From: Spirochaetia bacterium
Lineage (GTDB): Bacteria; Spirochaetota; Spirochaetia; SZUA-6; Bin103
Direction: 5' to 3'
NCBI GenBank assembly: GCA_965203905.1
Contig: CBDBDQ010000005.1
Coordinates: 704,001-768,000, forward strand
DNA length: 64,000 nucleotides
Both the position numbers and the translations under genes were made by a program. Shown here in pieces: positions 38,384 through 48,274 of this stretch. The first letter of the stretch is position 1. Every line of letters begins with the position of its first letter. Below the pieces are notes generated by a model. The model did not search any database and had not been told where the DNA came from. It saw only the letters and a list, made by a program, of their open reading frames with translations.

Positions 38384-39369
38384 GAGGTTCGGACTCTCGG
38401 ATCCAGGAAGCCGTAGGTGAGATCCACCAGCAGGTTGATCAGCATCAGACCGAAGCTGAAGAACAGCATGATGCCGCTCACCACCGGGTAGTCACGCACC
38501 AGCAGCGACTCCACGATGAGGCGGCCCATGCCGGGCAGCATGAAGATCTGCTCGATGATCACCGTGCCGCCGATCAGGATCGGTATCTGCAGGCCGACGA
38601 TGGTGATCACGGGTATGAAGGCGTTCTTGAGGGCATGCCGGCTCACCACCAGGGCCTCGGCCAACCCCTTCGCCCACGCCGTCCTGATGTAGTCGTTGCG
38701 GATCACCTCCAGGGTCATGGTCCTGGTCATGCGCATGGTGCCGCCGGCCATGGCCAGCGCCAGCACGATCGCCGGCACGATGAACATCTTGAGGTTGCCC
38801 ATCGGGTCGTCGGCGAACTTGATCAGCCAGATGGAGGGCATGTAGCCCCACCAGATCGAAGGGTAGACGATCACCAGCGTCGCCAGCCAGAAACCGGGCA
38901 CCGAGATCGACAGGATCGCGAAGCTGCGCCCCACGTAGTCGCCCCAGGTGTCCTGCCGCAAGGCCGAGTACACCCCGATCGGAATGGCGATGAGCTGCGC
39001 AATCACCAGGCCCATCAGCCCCAGCTCGATGGTCACCGGCATCTTCTTGAACAACAGCTCGGTGACCGACAGGCGCTGCCGCCAGGAGACGCCGAAGTCG
39101 GCCTGCAGCACGCCGCTGACGTTGCCGTCCACCTGCGGGGCGATGCCGAGAAAGCGGGCGTACTGCACGATAAGCGGTGCGTCGAGGCCAAGCTTGCGCT
39201 CCAGTTGTTCGCGGTCGAGTTCGATTTCATCGGCCGACTCGGACAACTGGGCGATCATCACGTCGATGACGTCGCCGGGCACCAGGCGCATCAGCAGAAA
39301 GACGATCACGCTGATCAGAAACGCCGTCGGGATCATCAGCAGCAGACGGCGGACTATGTATGCGCGCAA
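38380..39369 (-). CDS. ABC permease, OppB/DppB family
   Basis: YIVRRLL, LVPGD, DYIRTAWAKGL, LDPRVR. TTG start after AAGGAAGG. Confidence 0.93.
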   Translation of the reverse strand: MRAYIVRRLLLMIPTAFLISVIVFLLMRLVPGDVIDVMIAQLSESADEIELDREQLERKLGLDAPLIVQYARFLGIAPQVDGNVSGVLQADFGVSWRQRLSVTELLFKKMPVTIELGLMGLVIAQLIAIPIGVYSALRQDTWGDYVGRSFAILSISVPGFWLATLVIVYPSIWWGYMPSIWLIKFADDPMGNLKMFIVPAIVLALAMAGGTMRMTRTMTLEVIRNDYIRTAWAKGLAEALVVSRHALKNAFIPVITIVGLQIPILIGGTVIIEQIFMLPGMGRLIVESLLVRDYPVVSGIMLFFSFGLMLINLLVDLTYGFLDPRVRTS

Positions 39370-39437
39370 CCTTCCATCCTTCCTTTCGCGACTGGCAGGC
39401 CGATCTTAGCAGCGGGCAATGCGGCGCACAACCACGG

Positions 39438-40874
39438 TCAGCGGCACCCGTGGGAGGAGCCTGCAGCGGAGCTGCGCGCGAAGCTGAACGAGTAGAGGCG
39501 GGCGCCGTTGAGCGTGAACCGGAGGCGGATGGTGCGGTCCGAGATCGCCTCTGCGGGCGGATCGCTCCAGGCCACGGCCCCGTCCGTAACGGTGCGGGTC
39601 ACCTGCCCGTGGGCCAGGACGCGGCTTGTCTCCGGTTCCAGCACGGCGACGGCGATCGAGCCGATCGGGGCCAGGTCGGCAGTGACGCGCAGCGGGGCGC
39701 CGCTCCACGCGAGCGGGGCGGTCACCACGGTGGCGGCGTGATCGCCGCTGACCTGCTCGTAGCAGGCGAACCCGTCCGGCCGCAACGTAGCCAGGCACAG
39801 GTAGCCGTCGCGCCAGCTCGTGTGCTGGAAGTTGCTGGCCCCGTAGTAGAGCCGGATCTCGTCCGGCAGGGTCACCGGGCAGGCGGCGGCGTAGGCGCAG
39901 CCCCAGTCGTAGCTGCCGACCAGTCCGCCATTGGCGATGAGCGGCGATCCGGGGCAGACGCGGTGCCACGCAACCGTGTCGGGGCTCCAGGCGAGCTCGG
40001 TGCACACCTGGTCGGTGCGCTGGTTGTGGATCGCCGGCAGCCCCAGGTAGAGATTGCCGTGGCGGAACACCGGCATGGAGTAGATCTGCAGGTTCTCGTC
40101 GCTGCCCTCCAGGACGGCGCTGGCCGGGCTCCAGTTCACGAAGTCGTTGCTCGCGGTGCGGCCTACCTGGCGCGGCGGCCACGCGCCGCGGATGCCGTCG
40201 ACCTCGGCGGCACCGGCGGTACGCGGGTCGCGCAGCCGCGTGAAGCCCACGTATTCGCCGCGGTCCTCCGCCCACAGGGCGTTGTAGTGGGTGCCGTCCA
40301 CCTGGTACGGGTTGACGGCGGGACAGGGCAGGAACCGGCTCCACCGGATGCCGTCCGCCGAAAACGCCACCGCCTGCTCCTGCTCACCGAGCGAGGTGAA
40401 CATCTTGTAGCGCCGGGAAGGGTCGGTCTCGCGCGCATCCTTGTGTATCCCGGCGCCGTGCGGACCGCGCAGCACGATGTTGTTGGCCCGGCTGCCCCGG
40501 TAGTCGACCAGGCCAAGCTCAGGCTTCTCCCATGCTATGCCGTCGCGCGAGGTGGCGTAGCAGAGCGCCATCTCGCGGTCGGGCGGACCGTGGTAGAGCG
40601 TGTCCTGACGCTGTTCGAGGGTCATGCCGTGCGATCGATGGTCGATGCAGAACGGGCTGTACCAGCATTGGTACAGATTCTTTTCCGCATCCCACAGCAC
40701 GTTGGGATAGAGGTTGTCGAAGCGCATCTCCCACGGCCGGTCCTCGCCGAACAGCGGGTTGGCAGCGCTCTTCGCCGCGGCCGTGACCTTCAGCCGCGCG
40801 TTGTCGCTGCGGTCGATCACCCGTGTATCAAGCACCAGGTGACGTTCTTCCATTCCTGTGCTCACATCGGACAT
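39438..40874 (-). CDS. Putative five-bladed beta-propeller glycoside hydrolase-like protein
   Basis: K..ANPL, CYATSRDGIAWEKPELG, FSADGIRW, SNDFVNWS, SPDTVAW blade repeats, LATLRPDGF. Confidence 0.65.
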   Translation of the reverse strand: MSDVSTGMEERHLVLDTRVIDRSDNARLKVTAAAKSAANPLFGEDRPWEMRFDNLYPNVLWDAEKNLYQCWYSPFCIDHRSHGMTLEQRQDTLYHGPPDREMALCYATSRDGIAWEKPELGLVDYRGSRANNIVLRGPHGAGIHKDARETDPSRRYKMFTSLGEQEQAVAFSADGIRWSRFLPCPAVNPYQVDGTHYNALWAEDRGEYVGFTRLRDPRTAGAAEVDGIRGAWPPRQVGRTASNDFVNWSPASAVLEGSDENLQIYSMPVFRHGNLYLGLPAIHNQRTDQVCTELAWSPDTVAWHRVCPGSPLIANGGLVGSYDWGCAYAAACPVTLPDEIRLYYGASNFQHTSWRDGYLCLATLRPDGFACYEQVSGDHAATVVTAPLAWSGAPLRVTADLAPIGSIAVAVLEPETSRVLAHGQVTRTVTDGAVAWSDPPAEAISDRTIRLRFTLNGARLYSFSFARSSAAGSSHGCR

Positions 40875-41112
40875 GACGCGATGACTACGCTGGTGTCCAG
40901 GACGGTCACGTGCGCCAGTTGGCCCTTACCTCGGCCAGACGGCGGGCTTCCACCGCTGCCGCTTGCGCATTGAGTGAGCCGCGAACGCGGGCAATAGTAG
41001 TGCGCATGCGAATGACATACCGCATGCACACACGTGGATGCAAATCGCTTCGAAATCAGCGCGTCCTCGGCACGGCCCCGGTCCCCTGGGACGCAGGGGA
41101 GAGAGCGAGCAG

Positions 41113-43401
41113 ATGAGGAGCCTGGGCGCTCCAGAGCCGCTGGCTGACGCGCTGGCCGCCTGGCACATGGCCGCGGACGGCGGGACCGCTGCCGAGCTGT
41201 CGGTCGCGGGGGCGGTGCGGCTCGGGGTCGCGCTGACCGGCGCCGAGCGGGAGGCATCGCTGATACGCGGCGGCAACGGCGTCGTGGCGGAGTTCGCGGG
41301 CGGCTATATCCGGCTCGAGGGCCGCGCGCTGACGGCTGACCGCCTGCGGGGCGACGCGATGACGTTCGCCATGCGGCTGCGCGACCGCACCGGGCGCTGG
41401 GACGCGCCCCTGTTCGCCCGCGACGACCCCGGCGACGCCCTCGGCACCATCCTCTACGGCAGCGACGGCGCGGACAAGCCGCTCACTTACGCGCGCGGGG
41501 CGGAGCCGGGGGCGGCCACGCCCTGGTACCACCTGTTCGCGGAGCCGGGCGGCCCCGGCCGGCGGGACGGCTCGCGCGCGCTGCTGGAATACCGCTGGCG
41601 CACCCGGCCGAACGCCGCGGTGATCCGGTTCTGCGAACGCGGGACCGCGGCCGACAGCATCCTCGCGGACGCCCGCGCCGGCGTGCTGCAGGTGAGCGTG
41701 CCGGTGGCGCTGGTCGGTCCGACGGCCTGGCACGACGTGGTGTTCCGTTTCCGCGGAGCCAACCTGGAACTGTTCGTCGACGGCGTGCTGGTGGATGAGG
41801 AGTGGGGCTACGGCCTCTTGCATCGGTTCGAGCCCCCGTTCCTGGTCGGGGCGGCCTGGGAACAGGGCCGGTTGCGGTCCGGGTTCCACGGTCGGGTGGA
41901 CTACGTGGCGCTGTGGGACCGCGCGTTGAGCGACGCCGAGATCGCCAGCCTCAGCGGCGGCGCGACGGCCGCCACCCAACGCGCGGACGAGATCCTGGGG
42001 CCGGAGCGCCCGCTGCCGCACTACTGGCGGCCGCGCGGCTACAACGTCTACGCGGGTGACTGCATGCTGCTGTGGGACGGCAGCCGGCTGCACCTGTTCT
42101 ACCTGTTCGACCGCCGCCACCACACCAGCAAGTGGAACCTGGGCGCACACCAGTACGCCCACCTCTCCACCACCGACCTGGTCGAGTGGCAGCGCCATCC
42201 CCTGGCGATACCGCTCAGCCACACCTGGGAGTGCGCCATCGGCACCGGCGACTTCATCCACCACGCCGGCCGCTGGTACGCGTTCTACACCGACTGTGGC
42301 GGACGCTGTCAGTTCGAGGACAAGCCGCATTCCGGGAGCGGCGTGTTCCGCGCCGTCAGCGACGACGGCATCCACTACCGCAAGGACCCGGTGCCGGTGG
42401 TTCCGACCAGCGCCACCGGCTGCGCCGACTGCTCGATCTTCCATGACCCGGAGAGCGGCCGGTTTCACCTGTTGACCCAGGACCGGGACGCGGATGGCGC
42501 GCCGCTGGTGGCCCACTACCAGTCCACCGACCTGTCGGCATGGCGCCGCCAACCGCAACCGTTCCTCGCCGCCGGCACCATGGGCGCGTGCCCGCACCTG
42601 TTCACCTGGAACGACTGGTGCTACTTCGCCATGGGCAACCGGCTGTGGAAGGCGCGTTCCCTCGCCGGCCCCTGGCAGGAGCAGCACCCCGCGCCGCTGG
42701 CCGGCCTGAACTACCCGAAGACCGCTCCCTTCACCGGCAACCGCCTGCTGGCGGCCGGCTGGATCGGCCACGCGGGGTGGGGCGGCGACCTGCTGTTCCG
42801 CGAGCTGGTGCAGTTTGCCGACGGCCGCCTGGGCACCAGATTCCCGCCCAAGATGATCCCGCGGACCGGGCGGCCGCTACCGCTGGCCCCCGAACCCCTG
42901 CACGGCGAAACGAGCTGGCAGGACGGCCGCCTACGCTTGGCGGCGGCCGGAGAGCAGGAAGCGGCCGCACGCGTGGCGCAGGTTCCGGCTGACGCGCGCA
43001 TCAGGCTGCGGGTGGAGCCGGGGGGCGCCGCCCTGTGCCTGGGCCTCACCGATGGCGACGGTGAGGGGATAAGCGTGCATCTGGATCCGGTGCGGCGGCG
43101 GGTAGCGATTGTCGGCCCCCTCGACCGTGCGGGAGCCGGTGCCGAGCCTCCCGCGCTGCAGCCGGTCGCAGGTCTGGATCGTCCCTACGCCCTGGACCTG
43201 ATCGTCACCGCCGGGATCATCGATCTCTGCTTCGACGGCCGGTACACCTTGGTTGCCCGCCGACTCGGCCCCGCGGGCGGCGAATTGCGGCTCAGCGTCC
43301 GCGGCGGCACGGCGTTCGTTTCGCAGATCGAGGTGTGTCGGATAGCCGAGCCGGCGAATCGTTGGAGTCGGCATGCTGGCGCTGGCGTCCACTGCCTATA
43401 G
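41113..43401 (+). CDS. LamG-like domain + GH32/GH43-like beta-propeller protein with altered catalytic motifs
   Basis: WHDVV...LELFVDG, VDYVALWDRALSDAEI (LamG), HLFYL, YAHLSTTDLVEW, SDDGIHYRK. Confidence 0.7.
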   Translation: MRSLGAPEPLADALAAWHMAADGGTAAELSVAGAVRLGVALTGAEREASLIRGGNGVVAEFAGGYIRLEGRALTADRLRGDAMTFAMRLRDRTGRWDAPLFARDDPGDALGTILYGSDGADKPLTYARGAEPGAATPWYHLFAEPGGPGRRDGSRALLEYRWRTRPNAAVIRFCERGTAADSILADARAGVLQVSVPVALVGPTAWHDVVFRFRGANLELFVDGVLVDEEWGYGLLHRFEPPFLVGAAWEQGRLRSGFHGRVDYVALWDRALSDAEIASLSGGATAATQRADEILGPERPLPHYWRPRGYNVYAGDCMLLWDGSRLHLFYLFDRRHHTSKWNLGAHQYAHLSTTDLVEWQRHPLAIPLSHTWECAIGTGDFIHHAGRWYAFYTDCGGRCQFEDKPHSGSGVFRAVSDDGIHYRKDPVPVVPTSATGCADCSIFHDPESGRFHLLTQDRDADGAPLVAHYQSTDLSAWRRQPQPFLAAGTMGACPHLFTWNDWCYFAMGNRLWKARSLAGPWQEQHPAPLAGLNYPKTAPFTGNRLLAAGWIGHAGWGGDLLFRELVQFADGRLGTRFPPKMIPRTGRPLPLAPEPLHGETSWQDGRLRLAAAGEQEAAARVAQVPADARIRLRVEPGGAALCLGLTDGDGEGISVHLDPVRRRVAIVGPLDRAGAGAEPPALQPVAGLDRPYALDLIVTAGIIDLCFDGRYTLVARRLGPAGGELRLSVRGGTAFVSQIEVCRIAEPANRWSRHAGAGVHCL

Positions 43402-43422
43402 GCCGCGCCGGTTCGCGGCTGT

Positions 43423-43720
43423 GTGTCCATCAAGGGCATCTCCAGCATGAACACCATGAACATGCATCGCGAGATCGGCGCCATGCAGAAAACAGCGTGG
43501 TATATGTGCCACCCGATCAGGAAGTGCGGGGAACAGGGCCGCAGCCTGTACGATGGGGGCCTTGCTCAAGCGGGGCTAAACGATCACCGCATGAGCCCTG
43601 CGCACCTACAGCGGTACATCGACGAGTTCGCCGGTCACTACAACCAGCACCCGTTGGTCACCGAGGTCCAGATGCACATGATGGCGCAGAGGATGGTGGG
43701 GCAAGCGGCTACACTACCGG
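43423..43720 (+). mobile_element. IS1595-family transposase remnant (internally deleted)
   Basis: KGISSM...HREIG..QKTAWYMCH.IR (HTH region) joined closely to H.MSPAHLQRYIDEFAGHYN (C-terminal region). The DDE core is missing. Confidence 0.8.
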
Positions 43721-43773
43721 GATCTCAAGGTTGGCAAGGAGCACAGCGACATCAGGGCCGCGCAGTGAACATT

Positions 43774-44366
43774 CTAAAGACTTGGAAAGTCTCTCGGATT
43801 GCGCAATGCAGGAGGATTGATTGTACGTCCACCCTTCTTGTATGAGGTTTCAAATAGTCTCAGATTGTAATCACAGTGGTTGCCATACGACCGGGCAACC
43901 AAAACGTTGGCGCCCTCTGCCAAACGAGAAATCCTAAACGCTTCATCCTCGTCGAACCGCTCGCCGAGGATCACTCGCTTTATGCATTCAGGAGGAACCT
44001 CCGTGAGAAAAACAGGATAGTTGGGATTCCGGCGACTATGAACGTGCTGGCAATCTGACAGAGCTCTGGGAACTCGTACTTCCTGCTCGAATGCCCAATC
44101 AGTTGATTTCTCGCACAATTCGGCAATAGGAATCGGAGCGTTCAAATACGACCTGTAGTCTCGGACAGTGCGATGGGATGACTAGTGAATCTCAAAAGCC
44201 CACTCGAAGAACTCATGATCACCGGAACAATATCTTTTGGAACCAGAAGAAGTGGGACCAACTCGAACGGGTCGTTGAATGCGCCCGGCTGCGTAAACCT
44301 GATCTTGCGGTCCTTTAGAAATTGCTTCAACCGGTCGATGCAAACGTACTTATACAGACTGCTCAT
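43774..44366 (-). pseudogene. DUF2971-like protein, split and internally deleted
   Basis: N-terminal LYKY...IRFTQP..FNDPFE and, in another frame, KS.DWAFEQEVR...IKRVILG. Confidence 0.65.
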
Positions 44367-44374
44367 TTCACTGA

Positions 44375-44806
44375 TCACGTTCCGTGTTTGGCGGATGGAC
44401 ACACTTTGTGTCCCGGGTCCCACCATAGAACGTGCATTATGTTAGAGCGGTTGATGCACCACAGCCTTCTCTTGCCAGAGATTCGAAACGACATGAGTTC
44501 GTCGATATCGTCTCGATTGATCTCCCTAAGCCTGTCTTTGGCATCCTTGACCAGTTTCTCGACTTGAATCGGATGACTTCCTTGTCTAATTATTTCATTC
44601 CAATTCATCTTCTCAAAACCGCCGAGCTTGCTAACAATATCTTTGTGTATGCCGTCCGAGAGTTTATTCCATCCCCACTTTCCTCCAAGATCAACCTCGC
44701 TAAACCGCCAGGAGATGAAGTCAGAACCCTTGGTGTTGAGCTTCCTTGGTCGCTTCTCACCAGAAGGATTGTGCGCTGCTCGTGCGCGACGTTTGCGCTT
44801 GGACAA
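44375..44806 (-). CDS. Putative toxin (RelE-like RNase fold suspected) downstream of the Panacea antitoxin
   Basis: Basic 143-aa protein with ELMSFRISGKRRLW...HVLWWDPGHKVCPS, 15 nt downstream of the DUF4065 gene. Confidence 0.6.
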   Translation of the reverse strand: MSKRKRRARAAHNPSGEKRPRKLNTKGSDFISWRFSEVDLGGKWGWNKLSDGIHKDIVSKLGGFEKMNWNEIIRQGSHPIQVEKLVKDAKDRLREINRDDIDELMSFRISGKRRLWCINRSNIMHVLWWDPGHKVCPSAKHGT

Positions 44807-44821
44807 GACAGGATGAGAAAG

Positions 44822-45289
44822 TTATGAGAGACCGGTATAGTACTCAGCCATGGCAGCGTCGGAAATCCGCGCGTTGCCGCGCTCCCCCGGAGCCAATCCG
44901 GCAGACGACCGAGCATCCTTCCATGGGTCTTCTTGGTGGGTTAAGTCGCTCAGCCACTGGGAGCTCTTCTTACCGTAGAAATCCAGTACAGCGTCAACAG
45001 TCTCGCGTTGGTCTTTGTTGAGTTTTTTGTGCTTCCCTCCAACATCTTTTTTGGAGACAAGAAACACCCCACGGTGTCTCGCGTACAGACGGCGGACCAC
45101 CGGCCCATTGGCCCAAGCTTCGATAGGCTCCAGGAACAGCGGCAATTCGTCCCACACAAGGGACCAAGCCTGCGAGTAGTACACAAGCTTGTGCAACTTC
45201 ATCGCTGGCACGACACCGATCTGCTTGATAATGTAGGCGGCCACGTCGAACACCTTGACGGGACCTTCCTCCTGGCTACCGGATTGCAC
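44822..45289 (-). CDS. DUF4065 (Panacea/SocA-like) antitoxin
   Basis: VFDVAAYI, MKLHKLVYYSQAW, IEAWANGPVV, LSDLTHQEDPWKDAR, MAEYY. Confidence 0.9.
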   Translation of the reverse strand: MQSGSQEEGPVKVFDVAAYIIKQIGVVPAMKLHKLVYYSQAWSLVWDELPLFLEPIEAWANGPVVRRLYARHRGVFLVSKKDVGGKHKKLNKDQRETVDAVLDFYGKKSSQWLSDLTHQEDPWKDARSSAGLAPGERGNARISDAAMAEYYTGLS

Positions 45290-45306
45290 GTGACTTACCC
45301 CTCACT

Positions 45307-45335
45307 TATATATTACGTTTAGACGAGAGTGTCAA
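45307..45335 (-). promoter_or_regulatory. Putative promoter of the DUF4065 operon
   Basis: TTGACA (45335-45330), 17 nt spacer, TATATA. Confidence 0.4.
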
Positions 45336-45611
45336 CTTCCCATGACAGTTGGTGGGAAGGTTCACCGATGGAAGACGAACGATACATCGGTTGCATGTGA
45401 TCTTACCATTGACGGAGAGGTGACTTGCTCTCGGAAGATCAGCCACAGGGCCATTGACGATCTCATGTCTTCTCCTGAGAAGCTACCGTTTCTTCCATGA
45501 CTGCGCCGGCCCGCGGGCCGGTAGGAAGCTTGATTGGCCATGATTTCCATCGTAGTGGGTCATCCTCCGCTGCTGTGGGGCGCGGCCACACTACTGTGTA
45601 CGTAAACCGTA

Positions 45612-45641
45612 TACGATGTGGAGATCGTGGATTATCACTGA
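45612..45641 (+). pseudogene. C-terminal stub of a HigB toxin
   Basis: YDVEIVDYH*, the characteristic HigB C-terminus, 18 nt upstream of higA. The rest of the gene is absent. Confidence 0.75.
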
Positions 45642-45659
45642 GTTGGAGGTACTTCGAGC

Positions 45660-45965
45660 ATGGGCATGCAGAACAGGATGAGGCCGGTGCATCCAGGCGA
45701 GGTGCTACGTGAAGAGCTGGAGACGCTCGGTCTGTCGGCCAGTGCGTTGTCGAAGGCGCTGGATGTGCCGGCGAACCGGATCACGTTGATCCTGAATGGC
45801 GACCGCGGAGTGAGCGCGGACACGGCGCTGAGGCTAGCGAGGTACTTCGGGACGACGCCGCAGATGTGGCTGAACCTGCAGAAGACCTGGGAGCTGCGCC
45901 GAGCGGAGATTGCGTCAGGCCGCAAGATTATCGAACGAGTAACGCCACGACGGTCGGCGGCGTAG
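45660..45965 (+). CDS. higA: HigA-family antitoxin
   Basis: PVHPGEVLREE, DTALRLARYFGTTPQMWLNLQ. GGAGG RBS. Confidence 0.93.
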   Translation: MGMQNRMRPVHPGEVLREELETLGLSASALSKALDVPANRITLILNGDRGVSADTALRLARYFGTTPQMWLNLQKTWELRRAEIASGRKIIERVTPRRSAA

Positions 45966-46058
45966 CGCCGCGACCCCCACGCGGGGTCAGCTCAGGCCGG
46001 GGCCAACGTTTGATGCGGAGCTACAGCCACCGCCAGAAGTGGCACCTGGTGTGGGGCG

Positions 46059-47408
46059 CTATCTGCTGACCCGGCGCGAGCGTAGCACCAAGACCACCAC
46101 CAGCACCAGCAGCGGCACGGCGGCCAGCAGCAGCGCCCACCGCGCCCGGACGGAAGGGGCCACGATGCGCACCTGGCGTTGGCTGGAGGGCAGCGGCCGG
46201 CCGTCGCGGTCCAGGACGCGGACGCGCAGCACCGGGCGTTCCCGTGAGAGGGGGAGGTGGAACGCGCGCAGCGACGCCTGCCGGTCCGCGTGCTCGACGG
46301 GATCGAACGGCACGATCCGGTAGCCCAGCGCCGCGCCCGGGAGCTGCTCGACGAAGAACGGCGCTTCCTGCACCGTGCGCGGCTGCGCCGCCGGCGCCCC
46401 CGCGGCTGTCTCGACCACGGCCCCGGGCACCTGCTGAATCCGCACCCACTTCATCAGCCCCGGGTTTCCCCTGGCGTCGTTGCGGCGCATCTTCTCGTAG
46501 AACAGGTCGTTGAACTCGCGCTGGTAGAACGGCCTGAGGTAGAGGTCGGTGGAGCCGTCGACGTACAGCACCGACGAGGGGCTGGTTGACTCCACCGGCC
46601 GCGTCCACTTGTCGCCGGGGATCACCTCCAGTCCGACCGCCTCGGCGCGGCGCCGGGCGAAGGTCACGATGCGGCGCTCCGACCCCTCCATGACCGCGCC
46701 GTCCGCGGTCAGCATGCGGATCCGGTACTCCCCCACCGGCAGGTTGATGATGAACGCCTGCTGCACCGGTACCGGGGGCACCACGTAGTGGGTGGGCGGC
46801 TGCGGCTCGGACGGAGGCTCCATCTGCTCCACCTCCGCGACCAGCTCGGTCACGTCCTCCCCCGCCTCGCGCATGGCGACGATGGTGCCCACCATCTCCT
46901 GCAGCCCCTGCTCGTACTCCATCCGCTCCCGCCGGTAATCCGCGACCGCTTCGTAGTAGGCCGAGATCAGGTCGCGCGAGTGCTGCACCACCGCCTCCGC
47001 CTCGGCCTCCGTGGCCACCTTCCAGTTCAGCTCGTACTCGCCGCGCACGTTGTAGTAGGTGTAGGGGGTCATGCCCAGTGACCGCGGCGGCTGCCCGCGC
47101 GCGCTCAGCTCCAGCGTGCCCTCGAACGTCACGTCGAGCGCCGACAGGTCGAGCTTCCACTCCCCGGTGATGGGCCAGAAGTAGACCAGCCCGTTGCGCG
47201 CGGTGAGGAAGTTGTCCACCTCCGCCAGCAGGTAGATGGTGTCCGCCTCGCGGCGCGCGAAGGTGCCGGCGTAGTCGAGCCCGTTGAACGCCGCGATCGA
47301 GTACACGAACTGCTCCACCCGCTCCGGCGCCTGGGCGGCCAGCGATCCGCCACCCAGCGCCCCGCCCAGCAGGATCATGAGCAGCGCCACTCGGCGCCGG
47401 GACTTCAC
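46059..47408 (-). CDS. Hypothetical exported protein with C-terminal membrane anchor
   Basis: Signal peptide (..SLAAQA), soluble body with an acidic coiled segment, C-terminal TM helix plus basic tail. Overlaps the permease stop. Confidence 0.75.
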   Translation of the reverse strand: MKSRRRVALLMILLGGALGGGSLAAQAPERVEQFVYSIAAFNGLDYAGTFARREADTIYLLAEVDNFLTARNGLVYFWPITGEWKLDLSALDVTFEGTLELSARGQPPRSLGMTPYTYYNVRGEYELNWKVATEAEAEAVVQHSRDLISAYYEAVADYRRERMEYEQGLQEMVGTIVAMREAGEDVTELVAEVEQMEPPSEPQPPTHYVVPPVPVQQAFIINLPVGEYRIRMLTADGAVMEGSERRIVTFARRRAEAVGLEVIPGDKWTRPVESTSPSSVLYVDGSTDLYLRPFYQREFNDLFYEKMRRNDARGNPGLMKWVRIQQVPGAVVETAAGAPAAQPRTVQEAPFFVEQLPGAALGYRIVPFDPVEHADRQASLRAFHLPLSRERPVLRVRVLDRDGRPLPSSQRQVRIVAPSVRARWALLLAAVPLLVLVVVLVLRSRRVSR

Positions 47409-48274
47409 GGCCGCACCCCGCGCACCTTCATGGTCAGGTGGCTGAGCGCCAGCACGGCCGCCGCCAGCACCAGCAGCAGCAACGCTCCCAGCGCATATAG
47501 CCCCCAGTTGCCCACCTCGGCAAAGCGCAGCGCCAGGTCCCAGTAGAACAGCGGCGAGATCCACTTGATGACCCATGCGAACACGCTCGCCAGGTTGCGC
47601 ACATAGCCGCTCACCACGGTGAAGGAACCGATCATCACGATGCTGAACACCAGGACCACGCCCAGGAACAGGGCGATCGCGGAGGCGGAATTGTCGGTCA
47701 GGGAGGCGGCGAGGATGCCGTAGCCGTAGATGGCGATGCACAGGAAGAACAGGATGATCAGGCTGGAGAAGAAGGCCGGCCCGAGCACCAGGTTGTTGAG
47801 GCCGGCGGCGAGCAGCAGGAACAGCAGCAGCACCACGAGCGAAACCAGCGTCAGCAGCAGGTCCTTGACCAGCGCGGCCAGGAAGTACGCAGTCGCGTCC
47901 GCTGGCCCGTAGGTGAGCAGCTCCAGTGCGCCGACCTTCTTCTCCAGGCCGAAGCGGAACACCGAGCTCACCGCCAGGTAGAGCAGCACCGGCAGGAAGC
48001 CGACGTAGAGGGTGAACAGGAACGGCCCCTCGGCGAACAGCTTGCTCACGAAGGTGCTCCCGAACGCCCCGGCCAGGCTTCTGCCGATCAGGTCGTAGGC
48101 GGGGTCGAGGGCGAAGTTGAAGGCGCTCGAATCGACCGCCCGGACGAACCCCGCCACCAGCAGATAGGCCAGCAGCAGGCCGATGGTCTGGGCCACGTAC
48201 CAGCCGGGACTGATCACCGTCTCGAGGATGCGGCGCCGGGCGATGACCGCCGTGGCGCGGAGGCGCGGGCTCAC
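47405..48274 (-). CDS. ABC-2-type permease
   Basis: About six TM helices, EKKVGALELLTYGP motif. Confidence 0.8.
   Translation of the reverse strand: MSPRLRATAVIARRRILETVISPGWYVAQTIGLLLAYLLVAGFVRAVDSSAFNFALDPAYDLIGRSLAGAFGSTFVSKLFAEGPFLFTLYVGFLPVLLYLAVSSVFRFGLEKKVGALELLTYGPADATAYFLAALVKDLLLTLVSLVVLLLFLLLAAGLNNLVLGPAFFSSLIILFFLCIAIYGYGILAASLTDNSASAIALFLGVVLVFSIVMIGSFTVVSGYVRNLASVFAWVIKWISPLFYWDLALRFAEVGNWGLYALGALLLLVLAAAVLALSHLTMKVRGVRP

Noticed and set aside
46015-46058. Possible fifth duplication scar (SHRQKWHL versus HHTSKWNL in the GH at 41113)
   Set aside because: It needs gaps over fewer than 30 bp and lies downstream of the gene, so it is compatible with chance.
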